Shown: in pieces, positions 45,740 through 54,808 of the stretch | Layout of the letters: the number at the start of each line of letters is the position of its first letter | Position numbering within the stretch: the first letter of the stretch is position 1 | Origin: a bacterium | GTDB lineage: Bacteria; Electryoneota; Electryoneia; Electryoneales; Electryoneaceae | Direction: 5' to 3' | Length of the DNA: 64,000 bases | Assembly: GCA_963669175.1 (NCBI GenBank) | Contig: OY769902.1 | Coordinates: forward strand, 3,744,001 to 3,808,000 | The notes under the pieces: model-generated | What the model was told of the DNA's origin: nothing | What the model saw: the letters and a program-made list of their open reading frames with translations, nothing else | The model's database searches: none | Position numbers and translations under genes: made by a program

Positions 45740-46123
45740 TCAGGATGAAAACCCACGAAGCATAACGAAGCCGATACCGAACGCTGCAAGGCCACCAAGG
45801 TTCTGAATCGTCAGGTTCCCAAAGGCACGTAAATATTGACCTGATTGCATAAGCTGGCCGGTTTCCAGGATATACGTGGAGAATGTCGTGAATGCCCCCA
45901 TAAATCCGATCAGGATCATCATACGGGCGGTTCCATTGAGGACGGTGGATTTGTCAATAATCGCCAGCATCAGGCCCGCCAGGAAACAACCGGCCAGGTT
46001 CACCGCAAGAGTTCCCCAAGGAAAGGTGAGCCCCTCTATCCTGCCCACCAGCACTGTCAACCCATACCGTGCCAGTGTGCCCAGTCCGCCAGCCAGTACC
46101 AGCAAGAATAGCTTCTGCAACAT
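45740..46123 (-). CDS. crcB: fluoride channel
   Basis: GG.GTLARY, FPWGTL.VN and GFMGAFTTFST motifs. Confidence 0.93.
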   Translation of the reverse strand: MLQKLFLLVLAGGLGTLARYGLTVLVGRIEGLTFPWGTLAVNLAGCFLAGLMLAIIDKSTVLNGTARMMILIGFMGAFTTFSTYILETGQLMQSGQYLRAFGNLTIQNLGGLAAFGIGFVMLRGFSS

Positions 46124-46242
46124 CCGTCTGTATCCCGTGTTCGAAAATATTCGGCAAAGATAGACTATATTGCTGCCTGTGAGCAACCTGAAAAAGGAAT
46201 TTCGACTCCGTGAAAGAAAACCACTGAAGAAGCTTCCACCGG

Positions 46243-47691
46243 TCAGGACACTACTCTCCTGAGCCTCTTCACCGGAATGTTAAGCTGTTCGCGGTATTTC
46301 TGCACGGTGCGGCGTGCGATGGGGAAGCCGGCCTCGGCCATAAGGTCAGCAATTTTCTGGTCGGAAAGGGGTTTGGACTTGTTTTCCTGCTCGATGATTT
46401 CTTTCAGCTTGGCTTTGATTGTACGGGTAGCGACCTCTTCCCCGTCCGCTGTCTCCATACGGTCGTTGAAATAGTACTTGAGCTCAAACACGCCATAGGG
46501 TGTCTGTACATACTTGTCACGAGTAACACGGCTGATGGTCGAGATATCCATCTCAATCATGTCCGCGATATCCTGCAGAATCATCGGTTTCAGATCGATT
46601 TCCTTGCCGCTCCTGAACCAGTCATACTGGCGTTCCACGATCGCACGCATGGTACGGACCATTGTGGTGCGGCGCTGCATGATCGCATTGACAAACCAGC
46701 GAGCGCTTTCCGCTTTCTGGATCGCAAATTCACGCGCTTTCTTATCGCCGTCACTCTTGGACAGGATGAGCTTCTTCAGTTCGTCATTTATATAGAAACT
46801 GGGGATATTTCCGTCATTCAGGGTTACGATGAACTCATCCCCCACTTCTTCGACCACCAGGTCTGGGATGACATAGTTCATCTTTTCATCGATCACGCCT
46901 TCACCCGGCTTGGGATTCAGCTTGACAATACGGTCAAACGCTTCCTGAACCTCGATCAGTTCTATTCCCAACCCTGAAGCGATCGTTTCGTACCTGCGAT
47001 TGACAAATTCATCGTAATAATTTTCCAGAATTCTATAGGCGTTGGTGTCGGTCTCGTACAGGACTTCCAGTTGGATCATCAGGCATTCGCGCAGATCTCG
47101 TGCTGCGATTCCTGGCGGATCATACCGCTGGATGCGATAGAGAACTTCTTCAACCTCTTCTTCATCCACATGCGCAAGTTCTGCGATCAGTTCAACAGGC
47201 GCATCGAGGTAGCCACGCGTATCCAGGCTGCCAATGATGTACTCACCAATATGCACCTGCTGATCAGTCATACGATCAAGGCGAAGTTGTTCGGTTAAGC
47301 TGTCGGTAAGAGTTGTAACGTCTGCCTGCGGGATCTCTACGGGCTCAGTAATCTGGCGATTCGCCCGGTACTCCATTTGGTCGTCTTCATCATTGAGAAT
47401 AGTTTCCCAGTCGACATCTTCATCTTCCTTCTGGGATTCCTTGGCCTCAGCGTCCTCACCGTTCTTTTCAGCGTCAACGACTTCCTGGCTTGCAAGACGA
47501 TCGTCCGGGGCCTCCGTATCGAGGTGTTGTTCTTCCTCTTCCAACTCCTCCAGCAGTGGATTCTGTTCAAACTCCTGCTGGAATCGTTGTTCGAGCATGA
47601 TCAGGGGTAGCTGGATCAGTTCACTCCGCAGGATCTGCTGCGGCTGAAGTACCTGTTCCTGCTTTAAACGAATTTCCTGACGTAACAACAT
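46243..47691 (-). CDS. rpoN: RNA polymerase sigma-54 factor
   Basis: Q/L-rich region I, STISR, RpoN box ARRTV.KYRE. Confidence 0.97.
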   Translation of the reverse strand: MLLRQEIRLKQEQVLQPQQILRSELIQLPLIMLEQRFQQEFEQNPLLEELEEEEQHLDTEAPDDRLASQEVVDAEKNGEDAEAKESQKEDEDVDWETILNDEDDQMEYRANRQITEPVEIPQADVTTLTDSLTEQLRLDRMTDQQVHIGEYIIGSLDTRGYLDAPVELIAELAHVDEEEVEEVLYRIQRYDPPGIAARDLRECLMIQLEVLYETDTNAYRILENYYDEFVNRRYETIASGLGIELIEVQEAFDRIVKLNPKPGEGVIDEKMNYVIPDLVVEEVGDEFIVTLNDGNIPSFYINDELKKLILSKSDGDKKAREFAIQKAESARWFVNAIMQRRTTMVRTMRAIVERQYDWFRSGKEIDLKPMILQDIADMIEMDISTISRVTRDKYVQTPYGVFELKYYFNDRMETADGEEVATRTIKAKLKEIIEQENKSKPLSDQKIADLMAEAGFPIARRTVQKYREQLNIPVKRLRRVVS

Positions 47692-47915
47692 TGTCGAGTA
47701 CCAACTCCCGTTTCTATCGACCTCCTCGAGCCCCTCCCTGCGCCACCCCTAAACGTAGTGATCTGAAAGCGATTTTCCAATCCCCTCGAGTGCTTCAGAG
47801 CCTTCGCAGTGGGGTTTTAGAGACCGGACGACTCAACTTGAGATCAAGAAGAATCAACAACTTAGTCGAAAGTCGCAAAAATGGTGAATGCGAACGGGGC
47901 AATCATTATGCCAGC

Positions 47916-48659
47916 CTAACGATTTAACTTGAATTTTTCGCCAAGATATAAGCGCCGCGCTTCCGGGTCGGATGCGAGGTGTTCGCTGGTTCCCGATTTC
48001 AGGATTCGGCCCTCATACAGGAGGTAGGCACGGTCTGTAATTTCCAGTGTTTCATGCACATTATGGTCTGTGATCAGTACACCGATACCGCGATCCTTCA
48101 ACCTCCTGACAATTTCCTGGATATCTGCAACGGCAATCGGGTCAACCCCGGCGAAGGGTTCGTCGAGGAGAATGAACTTGGGATCGGTGACCAGGGAACG
48201 CGCAATCTCCGTACGACGCCTTTCCCCACCGGACAAGTTATAGGCCTTGCTTTTTCGAATATGCGTGATCGACAATTCTTCCAGCAGACGCTCACACTTT
48301 TCCCGTCGCTGTGACCGGTTCAACGGCAGGGTTTCCAGAATCGCCATGAGGTTCTGCTCAACCGTCATCTTCCTGAAAATGGAAGCTTCCTGCGCCAGGT
48401 AGGCAATGCCCCTGCGGGCACGCTGATACATCCGTTTGCGGGTGATATCCTCCTCGTCCAGTTCAATTTTCCCTGAATTCGGCTGAATCAGGCCAACGAT
48501 CATATAAAAGGTGGTGGTTTTACCCGCGCCATTCGGCCCCAGCAATCCTACGATTTCTCCCTGGCTGACGCCGAGGGAAACATTGTTCACCACGGTACGC
48601 TTGCCATAGATTTTGATAAGGCTATTGCCCGACAATGTTGAAGAGATTGCTGGTTCCAC
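47916..48659 (-). CDS. lptB: LPS export ABC ATPase
   Basis: [26 protein letters not shown] and ITDHNV motifs. Confidence 0.96.
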   Translation of the reverse strand: MEPAISSTLSGNSLIKIYGKRTVVNNVSLGVSQGEIVGLLGPNGAGKTTTFYMIVGLIQPNSGKIELDEEDITRKRMYQRARRGIAYLAQEASIFRKMTVEQNLMAILETLPLNRSQRREKCERLLEELSITHIRKSKAYNLSGGERRRTEIARSLVTDPKFILLDEPFAGVDPIAVADIQEIVRRLKDRGIGVLITDHNVHETLEITDRAYLLYEGRILKSGTSEHLASDPEARRLYLGEKFKLNR

Positions 48660-48661
48660 GT

Positions 48662-49879
48662 TTACTTTTCCTTCCGTACTTTTTCCGCCAGTCTTGGAGG
48701 ATAGAATGTTCCTTCCGTACCACCGGAAACGTGTATCTCGTCCAGCGCGTTATTCTTAAAATACAGCACGATTCTGTCACCGCTGGTCTGGTTGGAGCCT
48801 TTATCCAACCCTGATTCGAAGATATGATAGGTAGCTCGCGCCTGTTCATCCGCTTGCATACGCGCCACCACACCATCTTCGAAATCCATGACAATACGCT
48901 GCCCGGTCATCAGGCTCCTGGGCGCGCCTTCGATGGTATCGGCGGCAGTGTAGGCTCGTGCATTCAGGATCACCACGACAGAATCCGGTTTGTCGCCATC
49001 CAGGTAAATCCAGATAGAATCCCCACGCGCTTCATCTCGTTCCCGCCAGACGACCGGCTCCTTGAACAACAAGGCCTTGCCCTCATCCGGGTAATAGAAC
49101 ATACGTCCACAATGACCACGCAGGTTGTCCCAGTTCAAATAGACAGAATCTCGCGCTTCTGCGATCCCGGCTTCTCCATTATACGCCATGAAACGGCTTT
49201 CTATCCGGGCGATCTCTTCACCGGTTGAATCAAGCTGGATCAGGACAGGTTCAACAGGCACTTCAGCCCTCTCCTGGGCGATCTCATAGATGCCTTCATC
49301 GCCAGTGAGAACAATATCGCGTCGCCAGTCTTCGATTCGCATGTCCTGGTAGACATGGGCAATATCATATTCCTGCAGGTATACGCCACGTTGTGTGGTC
49401 AGTTTGACAGAATCACGGTACATGACCACATTGCCGGTTGCTTCAGTACGCTGCTCGTTGATCTGGTAAATAACTTCATCCGCATCCAGGCGACGAAGCG
49501 GATCAATCATGATCACCTGGCCAATCAACCGCAATTTGTCAATCCGCTGCCAGTGAAACGCCTTGTCGCACCAGACTGTCATGGAATCCTGGATCAGCTT
49601 CACATCCCAGTCAAAGATGGTTACCAGCCCACTGCCACGATCTTCCTGTTTTACTTCACGCGCCCGCAGCAGTTTCACCGCGCCCAGGGTGCTGCGGCCA
49701 TAGCCTTTATAGATACCACGATCAGGATTGCGTGTTGTATCCGTATTCTGGGGATTCAGTACATTTTCGCTTCTGAATTTCTTTGTTCTCGTACCAACAT
49801 CAAATGGCCCCTGCGAAAGGGCAATACCGGCAAGCAGGAAGGAAGTAAGGATAGCGAATATGTTCAGACACCGTTTCAT
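48662..49879 (-). CDS. LptA/OstA-like beta-jellyroll protein
   Basis: Repeated jellyroll-like strands; lies between lptC and lptB. Confidence 0.8.
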   Translation of the reverse strand: MKRCLNIFAILTSFLLAGIALSQGPFDVGTRTKKFRSENVLNPQNTDTTRNPDRGIYKGYGRSTLGAVKLLRAREVKQEDRGSGLVTIFDWDVKLIQDSMTVWCDKAFHWQRIDKLRLIGQVIMIDPLRRLDADEVIYQINEQRTEATGNVVMYRDSVKLTTQRGVYLQEYDIAHVYQDMRIEDWRRDIVLTGDEGIYEIAQERAEVPVEPVLIQLDSTGEEIARIESRFMAYNGEAGIAEARDSVYLNWDNLRGHCGRMFYYPDEGKALLFKEPVVWRERDEARGDSIWIYLDGDKPDSVVVILNARAYTAADTIEGAPRSLMTGQRIVMDFEDGVVARMQADEQARATYHIFESGLDKGSNQTSGDRIVLYFKNNALDEIHVSGGTEGTFYPPRLAEKVRKEK

Positions 49880-50652
49880 TCCAGTGTATCCTTTTTCGTT
49901 GAATCCGGAACGGAATTGAAAGGATTCACCGGTACTCTGCCGGTTCTGATCGTATCCACATGTGTAGAATCCACCGCCAAGGCATCAATCTGTTCAGTTT
50001 GTGAACTGTCCGGTTGCTGTGGGGCTTGTGTTGCCGGCTTACGATCAGTTTCGAAGAATGGTGTAATCGATGCTCGTGGCGCCCCGTTCGACATATCACG
50101 TTCCACGCTTCGCCAGGTGACACCGGACGCATTGGTCAGCCTTCGCTGTTTCAAATCTTCCGTAGCAACCAGACCGTCCCCGTACAGCGTGTCTTCCTCA
50201 GTAATCAGTGTTACTGTCGTATCACTCCGAATCAGGTGATCGGCATCGGCCCATTGCAGACGTTCGGTGTAAAGTGTAAGCCCGGAGTCTGTTTCCACGA
50301 TCACATTGCTGAACGCTTCCATCTCTTTCCCGTTGCGGAGCACGGAGCCGGAATCGGCTGTAAGAACTGTGCCCGGGTATCCATCACGGTAAAAAGTGAT
50401 CTTGATTCCGCCGAAAAGGTCCGCACGGCTAACAACTTCATATCGATAAATAACCGGTGCAAACAGGACAAAGGTCGTGTCTGCATTCTTGGTATGGACA
50501 AGGGTTGCCTCCGTGAACTCCTGTGAGGGCAAGGAGTTACGCACATCCTGATCCGCCAGTTGCGGACCGGTATCAATGTCCGCGCATCCTGTCAGGCTCA
50601 GAATAGCCAACGGAAGCAGCAATAAAATGATATGTCTGGTATATCGAAGCAT
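49876..50652 (-). CDS. lptC: LPS export periplasmic protein
   Basis: LTADSG, L.TE.L.W and LYG.GL motifs; gene order. Confidence 0.85.
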   Translation of the reverse strand: MLRYTRHIILLLLPLAILSLTGCADIDTGPQLADQDVRNSLPSQEFTEATLVHTKNADTTFVLFAPVIYRYEVVSRADLFGGIKITFYRDGYPGTVLTADSGSVLRNGKEMEAFSNVIVETDSGLTLYTERLQWADADHLIRSDTTVTLITEEDTLYGDGLVATEDLKQRRLTNASGVTWRSVERDMSNGAPRASITPFFETDRKPATQAPQQPDSSQTEQIDALAVDSTHVDTIRTGRVPVNPFNSVPDSTKKDTLE

Positions 50653-50735
50653 AGTACCTGTCAAAATACAAAAGCCGAACCCCCATGTACACCCATGGAG
50701 GTCCGGCAAAAAAATCGCTTATCGCGAGGCGATGT

Positions 50736-51311
50736 CTAGAAGTGGAAAACCTTCAGACCGACCATCAGACCCATCTGGTTGCCATCAACGGCGTCGCCAC
50801 CATCAGGTGTGAAGCTATCCATGTCATAATGGATCAAACCGTAGATGCCAACGTGCTCGTTCAGCGGTACATCATAGCCAACACCAAGCATCAGTCTTGT
50901 GAAGCTGTCGCTGCCATCGGTTGTACCATTGTCGAAGCTCATGGAATTGTAGAGATAGGACAGGTGGCCATAAGGATGGCCCGGGCCGAGTTCCAGCGGG
51001 AAATAGTAGTTCACGAACGGGCCAAGACCGAAAGTACCGTTCGAGACATCACCCTGGGAATGGGAAGAGAATTCCAACGAGGCACCTACAACCAAGCCGT
51101 CCATGATGAAGTAACCAAGATCAGGATGGATGGAGAAATCGGTTGAACCATCGCCATCGGTGTTTTCGTAATAATCACCACTGGTGGTCTTAAAACTGAA
51201 GCCACCGCCCAATTCCCACGAGCCCTTCATCAATGCATCCGGCATATCGCCGGCCATGGCGAAACCTGCCGCCATCATCACGCCGAGTACAACTGCTACG
51301 ATCTTCTTCAT
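50736..51311 (-). CDS. outer-membrane beta-barrel protein
   Basis: Signal peptide, KGSW.LGG, C-terminal Phe, AGGAGG SD. Confidence 0.85.
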   Translation of the reverse strand: MKKIVAVVLGVMMAAGFAMAGDMPDALMKGSWELGGGFSFKTTSGDYYENTDGDGSTDFSIHPDLGYFIMDGLVVGASLEFSSHSQGDVSNGTFGLGPFVNYYFPLELGPGHPYGHLSYLYNSMSFDNGTTDGSDSFTRLMLGVGYDVPLNEHVGIYGLIHYDMDSFTPDGGDAVDGNQMGLMVGLKVFHF

Positions 51312-51620
51312 GTTTCCTCCTTGTGTTAACTCTGGGATTGTCCCAGTAACGCCCACATGTTCTTTACTGTTGTTACCTTCTGCTTTTCCGACTTGCCGCA
51401 AAGTGTACTATCTTCACTGCAGCAGTAAAGTGATCCAGATCAACAGTACACCACACCAAAAGTCTAAAAACACCAAACAACCACTATCTTCCACTACTCA
51501 ACTATAGAACTACATCCTACATTATTATAGACTATCAATCACTTTAACACCTTATCCTTATCAAACACCGCCAACAGTATTTCATAATTCTTAATTCCTA
51601 ATTCCTAATTCCTAATTATC

Positions 51621-52181
51621 TTAAAGTCCTCCCCTTTCATCATGTTCAATCTTATACAATACATTCTCCCATTGTCCCTTGGCCTTCACGACAGCCTCAA
51701 CCACCTCCCGTACGACACCTTTCCCGCCCGTCACTTCGGTAATCGCATCCACCTCGGCAACCACATCCGTGTGACCATCGGCCGGAGCTACAGAGACACC
51801 CACCCGTCGCAACACAGGGAGGTCAAAAAGATCATCACCAATGTAGAGGGTTTTGTCTTCGGGGAGGCCGGTTTCTGCAAGTATCTCTTCATAGAACCCG
51901 ACTTTTTGAAAGTGGCCGCCTTTGATCAGGGTGATATTGAACTTCTCCAAGCGACGTTTGACCATATCCGCCACGTTCCCGGTCAGGCACCCCAGCTCGA
52001 TTCCGGCAACTCGAGCAAGCACAAAGCCAAATCCGTCCCGCATGGAAAATGCCTTGAACGCCATCCCTTCGCTATCGAAGTAGGCCGACCCATCTGTCAA
52101 GACACCATCCACATCGAAAATAAGAAGTTCTATGTTCGCCAGTCGATCCACTAAAGATGGATCGCTCACCCTCACTGGCAT
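51621..52181 (-). CDS. kdsC: KDO 8-phosphate phosphatase (HAD family)
   Basis: DVDGVLTDG, IGDD..D and GG.G.VRE motifs. Confidence 0.9.
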   Translation of the reverse strand: MPVRVSDPSLVDRLANIELLIFDVDGVLTDGSAYFDSEGMAFKAFSMRDGFGFVLARVAGIELGCLTGNVADMVKRRLEKFNITLIKGGHFQKVGFYEEILAETGLPEDKTLYIGDDLFDLPVLRRVGVSVAPADGHTDVVAEVDAITEVTGGKGVVREVVEAVVKAKGQWENVLYKIEHDERGGL

Positions 52182-52460
52182 CCTATCCCCTCCTTGGTCT
52201 GACAATTGCACAAAAGGTAAACACCCCGGTTCTATTCGTCAAGAGGGAAAGTGAAATTTTCAAAAGAATACTTCGCGTTGAAACGCACTAAACTATTGAG
52301 AGCATAGAAGTAAAATATCCAACGACTCGTAATGCGAAGTTATTTCTCCATCAAAACCTCTTAATTTCAAGAAAAAGAGGAACCTGCAAAATACTTGGCG
52401 ACTGCCAGATGAGCGGGGAAAGCTGTTATATTGACAGAGGAAAACGAGGACAGAAAGCAC

Positions 52461-53999
52461 ATGTCAGAACACGATACACACGACAACAAGACTCCCGGGA
52501 TGCCAAGGGTCGATCAACTGCAGAAAGATGTCGAACAGTTTTTGAAGGAAAAATATGGGGATGGTGTGGTGATGGCCCAGGTCGATTCACTCGGTAGTAA
52601 GGAGACCAGCGCTGACGCCAAAGAGGATGACGATCTGGGCATTAAATTCGACATGACGCCGGAACAGCTTGAACGCTATCTGCGTCAATATGTTATTCGC
52701 CAACATGATGCTCTTGAAGTACTTGCGACCAAAATCGCTACTCATTTTAACCGGATGCGCTGGGAACGTGAAGAGGGGAAAGACCTGCCACGTATCCCCG
52801 GTCAGATCAAACCTAATATCCTGATGATCGGCCCAACCGGTGTCGGGAAGACCTATATCGTGAAGCTGATTGCGGAGCGTCTCGGTGTTCCCTTTGTCAA
52901 AGGGGATGCAACCAAATTCAGTGAGACCGGGTATGTCGGCGGTGATGTGGAAGATCTGGTTCGTGACCTGGTGAAAGCCGCCAAGGGGAACCTGAAGGCT
53001 GCCGAGTATGGTATTGTATACATCGACGAGATTGACAAGATCGCAGCCAGCCATGGCCTGGCCGGACCGGATGTCAGCCGCACAGGAGTACAGCGTAATC
53101 TGCTGAAACTCATGGAAGAAACGGATGTCGATCTGCGTGTTCCCCACGATCTCGCCAGCCAGATGGAAGCCGTCATCGAAACCCAGCGAACAGGAAAAGC
53201 GCCAAGCAAAAAGGTCAATACACGCAATATCCTCTTTATTGTATCCGGCGCTTTCAGTGGGCTGGACAAGATCGTCGAAAAACGGCTTAACCGGAAAGCC
53301 ATCGGGTTCCGTGATGATGAGGATGCGACAAAACAGAACCCTGATGATATCCTAAAAGATGTCACAACGGAAGACTTGATCAAGTATGGGTTTGAATCCG
53401 AGTTTATCGGACGTCTGCCGGTTATTGCGCGCCTTGAAGAATTGGACGTGAACGGTCTTTTCGAGATCCTGACCAATCCTTACAACGCAGTGGTACAGGG
53501 TAAAATCAGGGACTTCGCCGCCTATTCCATCGGTTTGAGTTTCAGCGAAGAGGCATTGCGCCTAATCGCGGAGAAAGCCCATGCAGAAAAGACCGGGGCA
53601 AGAGGATTGACACGCGTGGTAGAACGTGCGTTAATCCCCTTTGAAAAACGTCTGCCCTCGACCTCGATCCGGAAACTGCATGTAACCGTAGACATGATCG
53701 GCAATCCTCGCCAGGTTTGTGAAGACATGATCTTCGGGCAGTCCATGGAAAATGCGGTGGAGACCTTCGAGGAAAAAACCGGGATCAAGCTGAACATCTC
53801 CCCCGCTGCCAAACGCTGGCTGCAGGAACATATGGAAGATGGGAAAACAGCCGGGGATGTGCTGCTGGAGAAGCTGGACGGGTACGAACACGGCTTCAAC
53901 CTGTTGAAGAAAAACAGCTTGCAGGTTACCGCGAAATTGCTGGAAAATCCGAAAGATTACCTGGAAGACCTGATTAAAAAGAGTTTTCAGAAGAAGTGA
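52461..53999 (+). CDS. clpX: ClpX-like AAA+ ATPase lacking the N-terminal zinc finger
   Basis: GPTGVGKT, GYVG, YIDEIDK, EFIGRLP and TGARGL motifs. Confidence 0.85.
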   Translation: MSEHDTHDNKTPGMPRVDQLQKDVEQFLKEKYGDGVVMAQVDSLGSKETSADAKEDDDLGIKFDMTPEQLERYLRQYVIRQHDALEVLATKIATHFNRMRWEREEGKDLPRIPGQIKPNILMIGPTGVGKTYIVKLIAERLGVPFVKGDATKFSETGYVGGDVEDLVRDLVKAAKGNLKAAEYGIVYIDEIDKIAASHGLAGPDVSRTGVQRNLLKLMEETDVDLRVPHDLASQMEAVIETQRTGKAPSKKVNTRNILFIVSGAFSGLDKIVEKRLNRKAIGFRDDEDATKQNPDDILKDVTTEDLIKYGFESEFIGRLPVIARLEELDVNGLFEILTNPYNAVVQGKIRDFAAYSIGLSFSEEALRLIAEKAHAEKTGARGLTRVVERALIPFEKRLPSTSIRKLHVTVDMIGNPRQVCEDMIFGQSMENAVETFEEKTGIKLNISPAAKRWLQEHMEDGKTAGDVLLEKLDGYEHGFNLLKKNSLQVTAKLLENPKDYLEDLIKKSFQKK

Positions 54000-54255
54000 T
54001 TTTTACACCGAAGGTGTTGGCTATACCCAGTTTCAATAAGCAGGCGAAAATGGGAAACGACACAGCAGAATGGTCCCAGGCAGGAAAATGTCGGGACAGC
54101 CACCTTTTCGCAACAGGCTTTCCAGAAATCAATAACTATAAACTTAAATAATAGATACTTGGCATACTTCAATATATTCGTAGGCGAAAAGTGTGGCAGT
54201 CCCCATTTTCTCTGGATGCGCACTCAGAAGAAGTGATCTCTACACCGAAGGTGTT
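53987..54255. repeat. 32-bp direct repeats flanking an inverted-repeat mini element
   Basis: TCAGAAGAAGTGATyTyTACACCGAAGGTGTT at 53987 and 54224 (30/32); inner inverted repeat at 54084-54111 and 54184-54210. Confidence 0.8.
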
Positions 54256-54412
54256 ATAGAAAGATCTTCACCCCGGGTGCGCGCCAGAAAGACGGCACGT
54301 ACACGGTTGTGCTTCGCACACCACAAGCTTCGCTACGGTTCAAGCCTGGGATGACATGATGGAACATTTATTTTTGATCAACACTTTATTTTCAAAATGA
54401 GTTCCAATATCA

Positions 54413-54613
54413 TCATTTCCCATCCCCATCTTCCAACCTGCTTCCCAGGGATTCTTTTTTCTGCTTGATCTGTAAACGTCCCTTCAGACGGCAGGTACAA
54501 CACCTTTTCCCGTCAGGCTGTTGTCCGTCCGGCGCACACGTACATGTTTCCGGGTTGTGAGGACACCGGATGCATACCGGGTCCAAACTACCATCACTTC
54601 GCCTTTGCGGCAT
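54413..54613 (-). CDS. putative small Cys-rich protein
   Basis: 66 aa, seven Cys (CxxC, CxC, CCxC), purine-rich SD region. Confidence 0.35.
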   Translation of the reverse strand: MPQRRSDGSLDPVCIRCPHNPETCTCAPDGQQPDGKRCCTCRLKGRLQIKQKKESLGSRLEDGDGK

Positions 54614-54808
54614 CTCTCATCCTTCTATCTATGTGGGAAACTGTTGGTAAAACTGTGATTTCCTGCTGCACATTACAACACAGCCATGTAGCATCCTGAG
54701 ACATTTTACCACCACATTAGATGCAATACAATTAAATCACAACATGTTAGTTACGGAATAGTTTTTGCGTTTTATTCGAAAACACACCAGTGTTCCAGGG
54801 AGTCGGAC

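Noticed and set aside
46124-46242. Fluoride riboswitch upstream of crcB
   Set aside because: No GGCGATGG...TGATG-type consensus is visible in the short leader.
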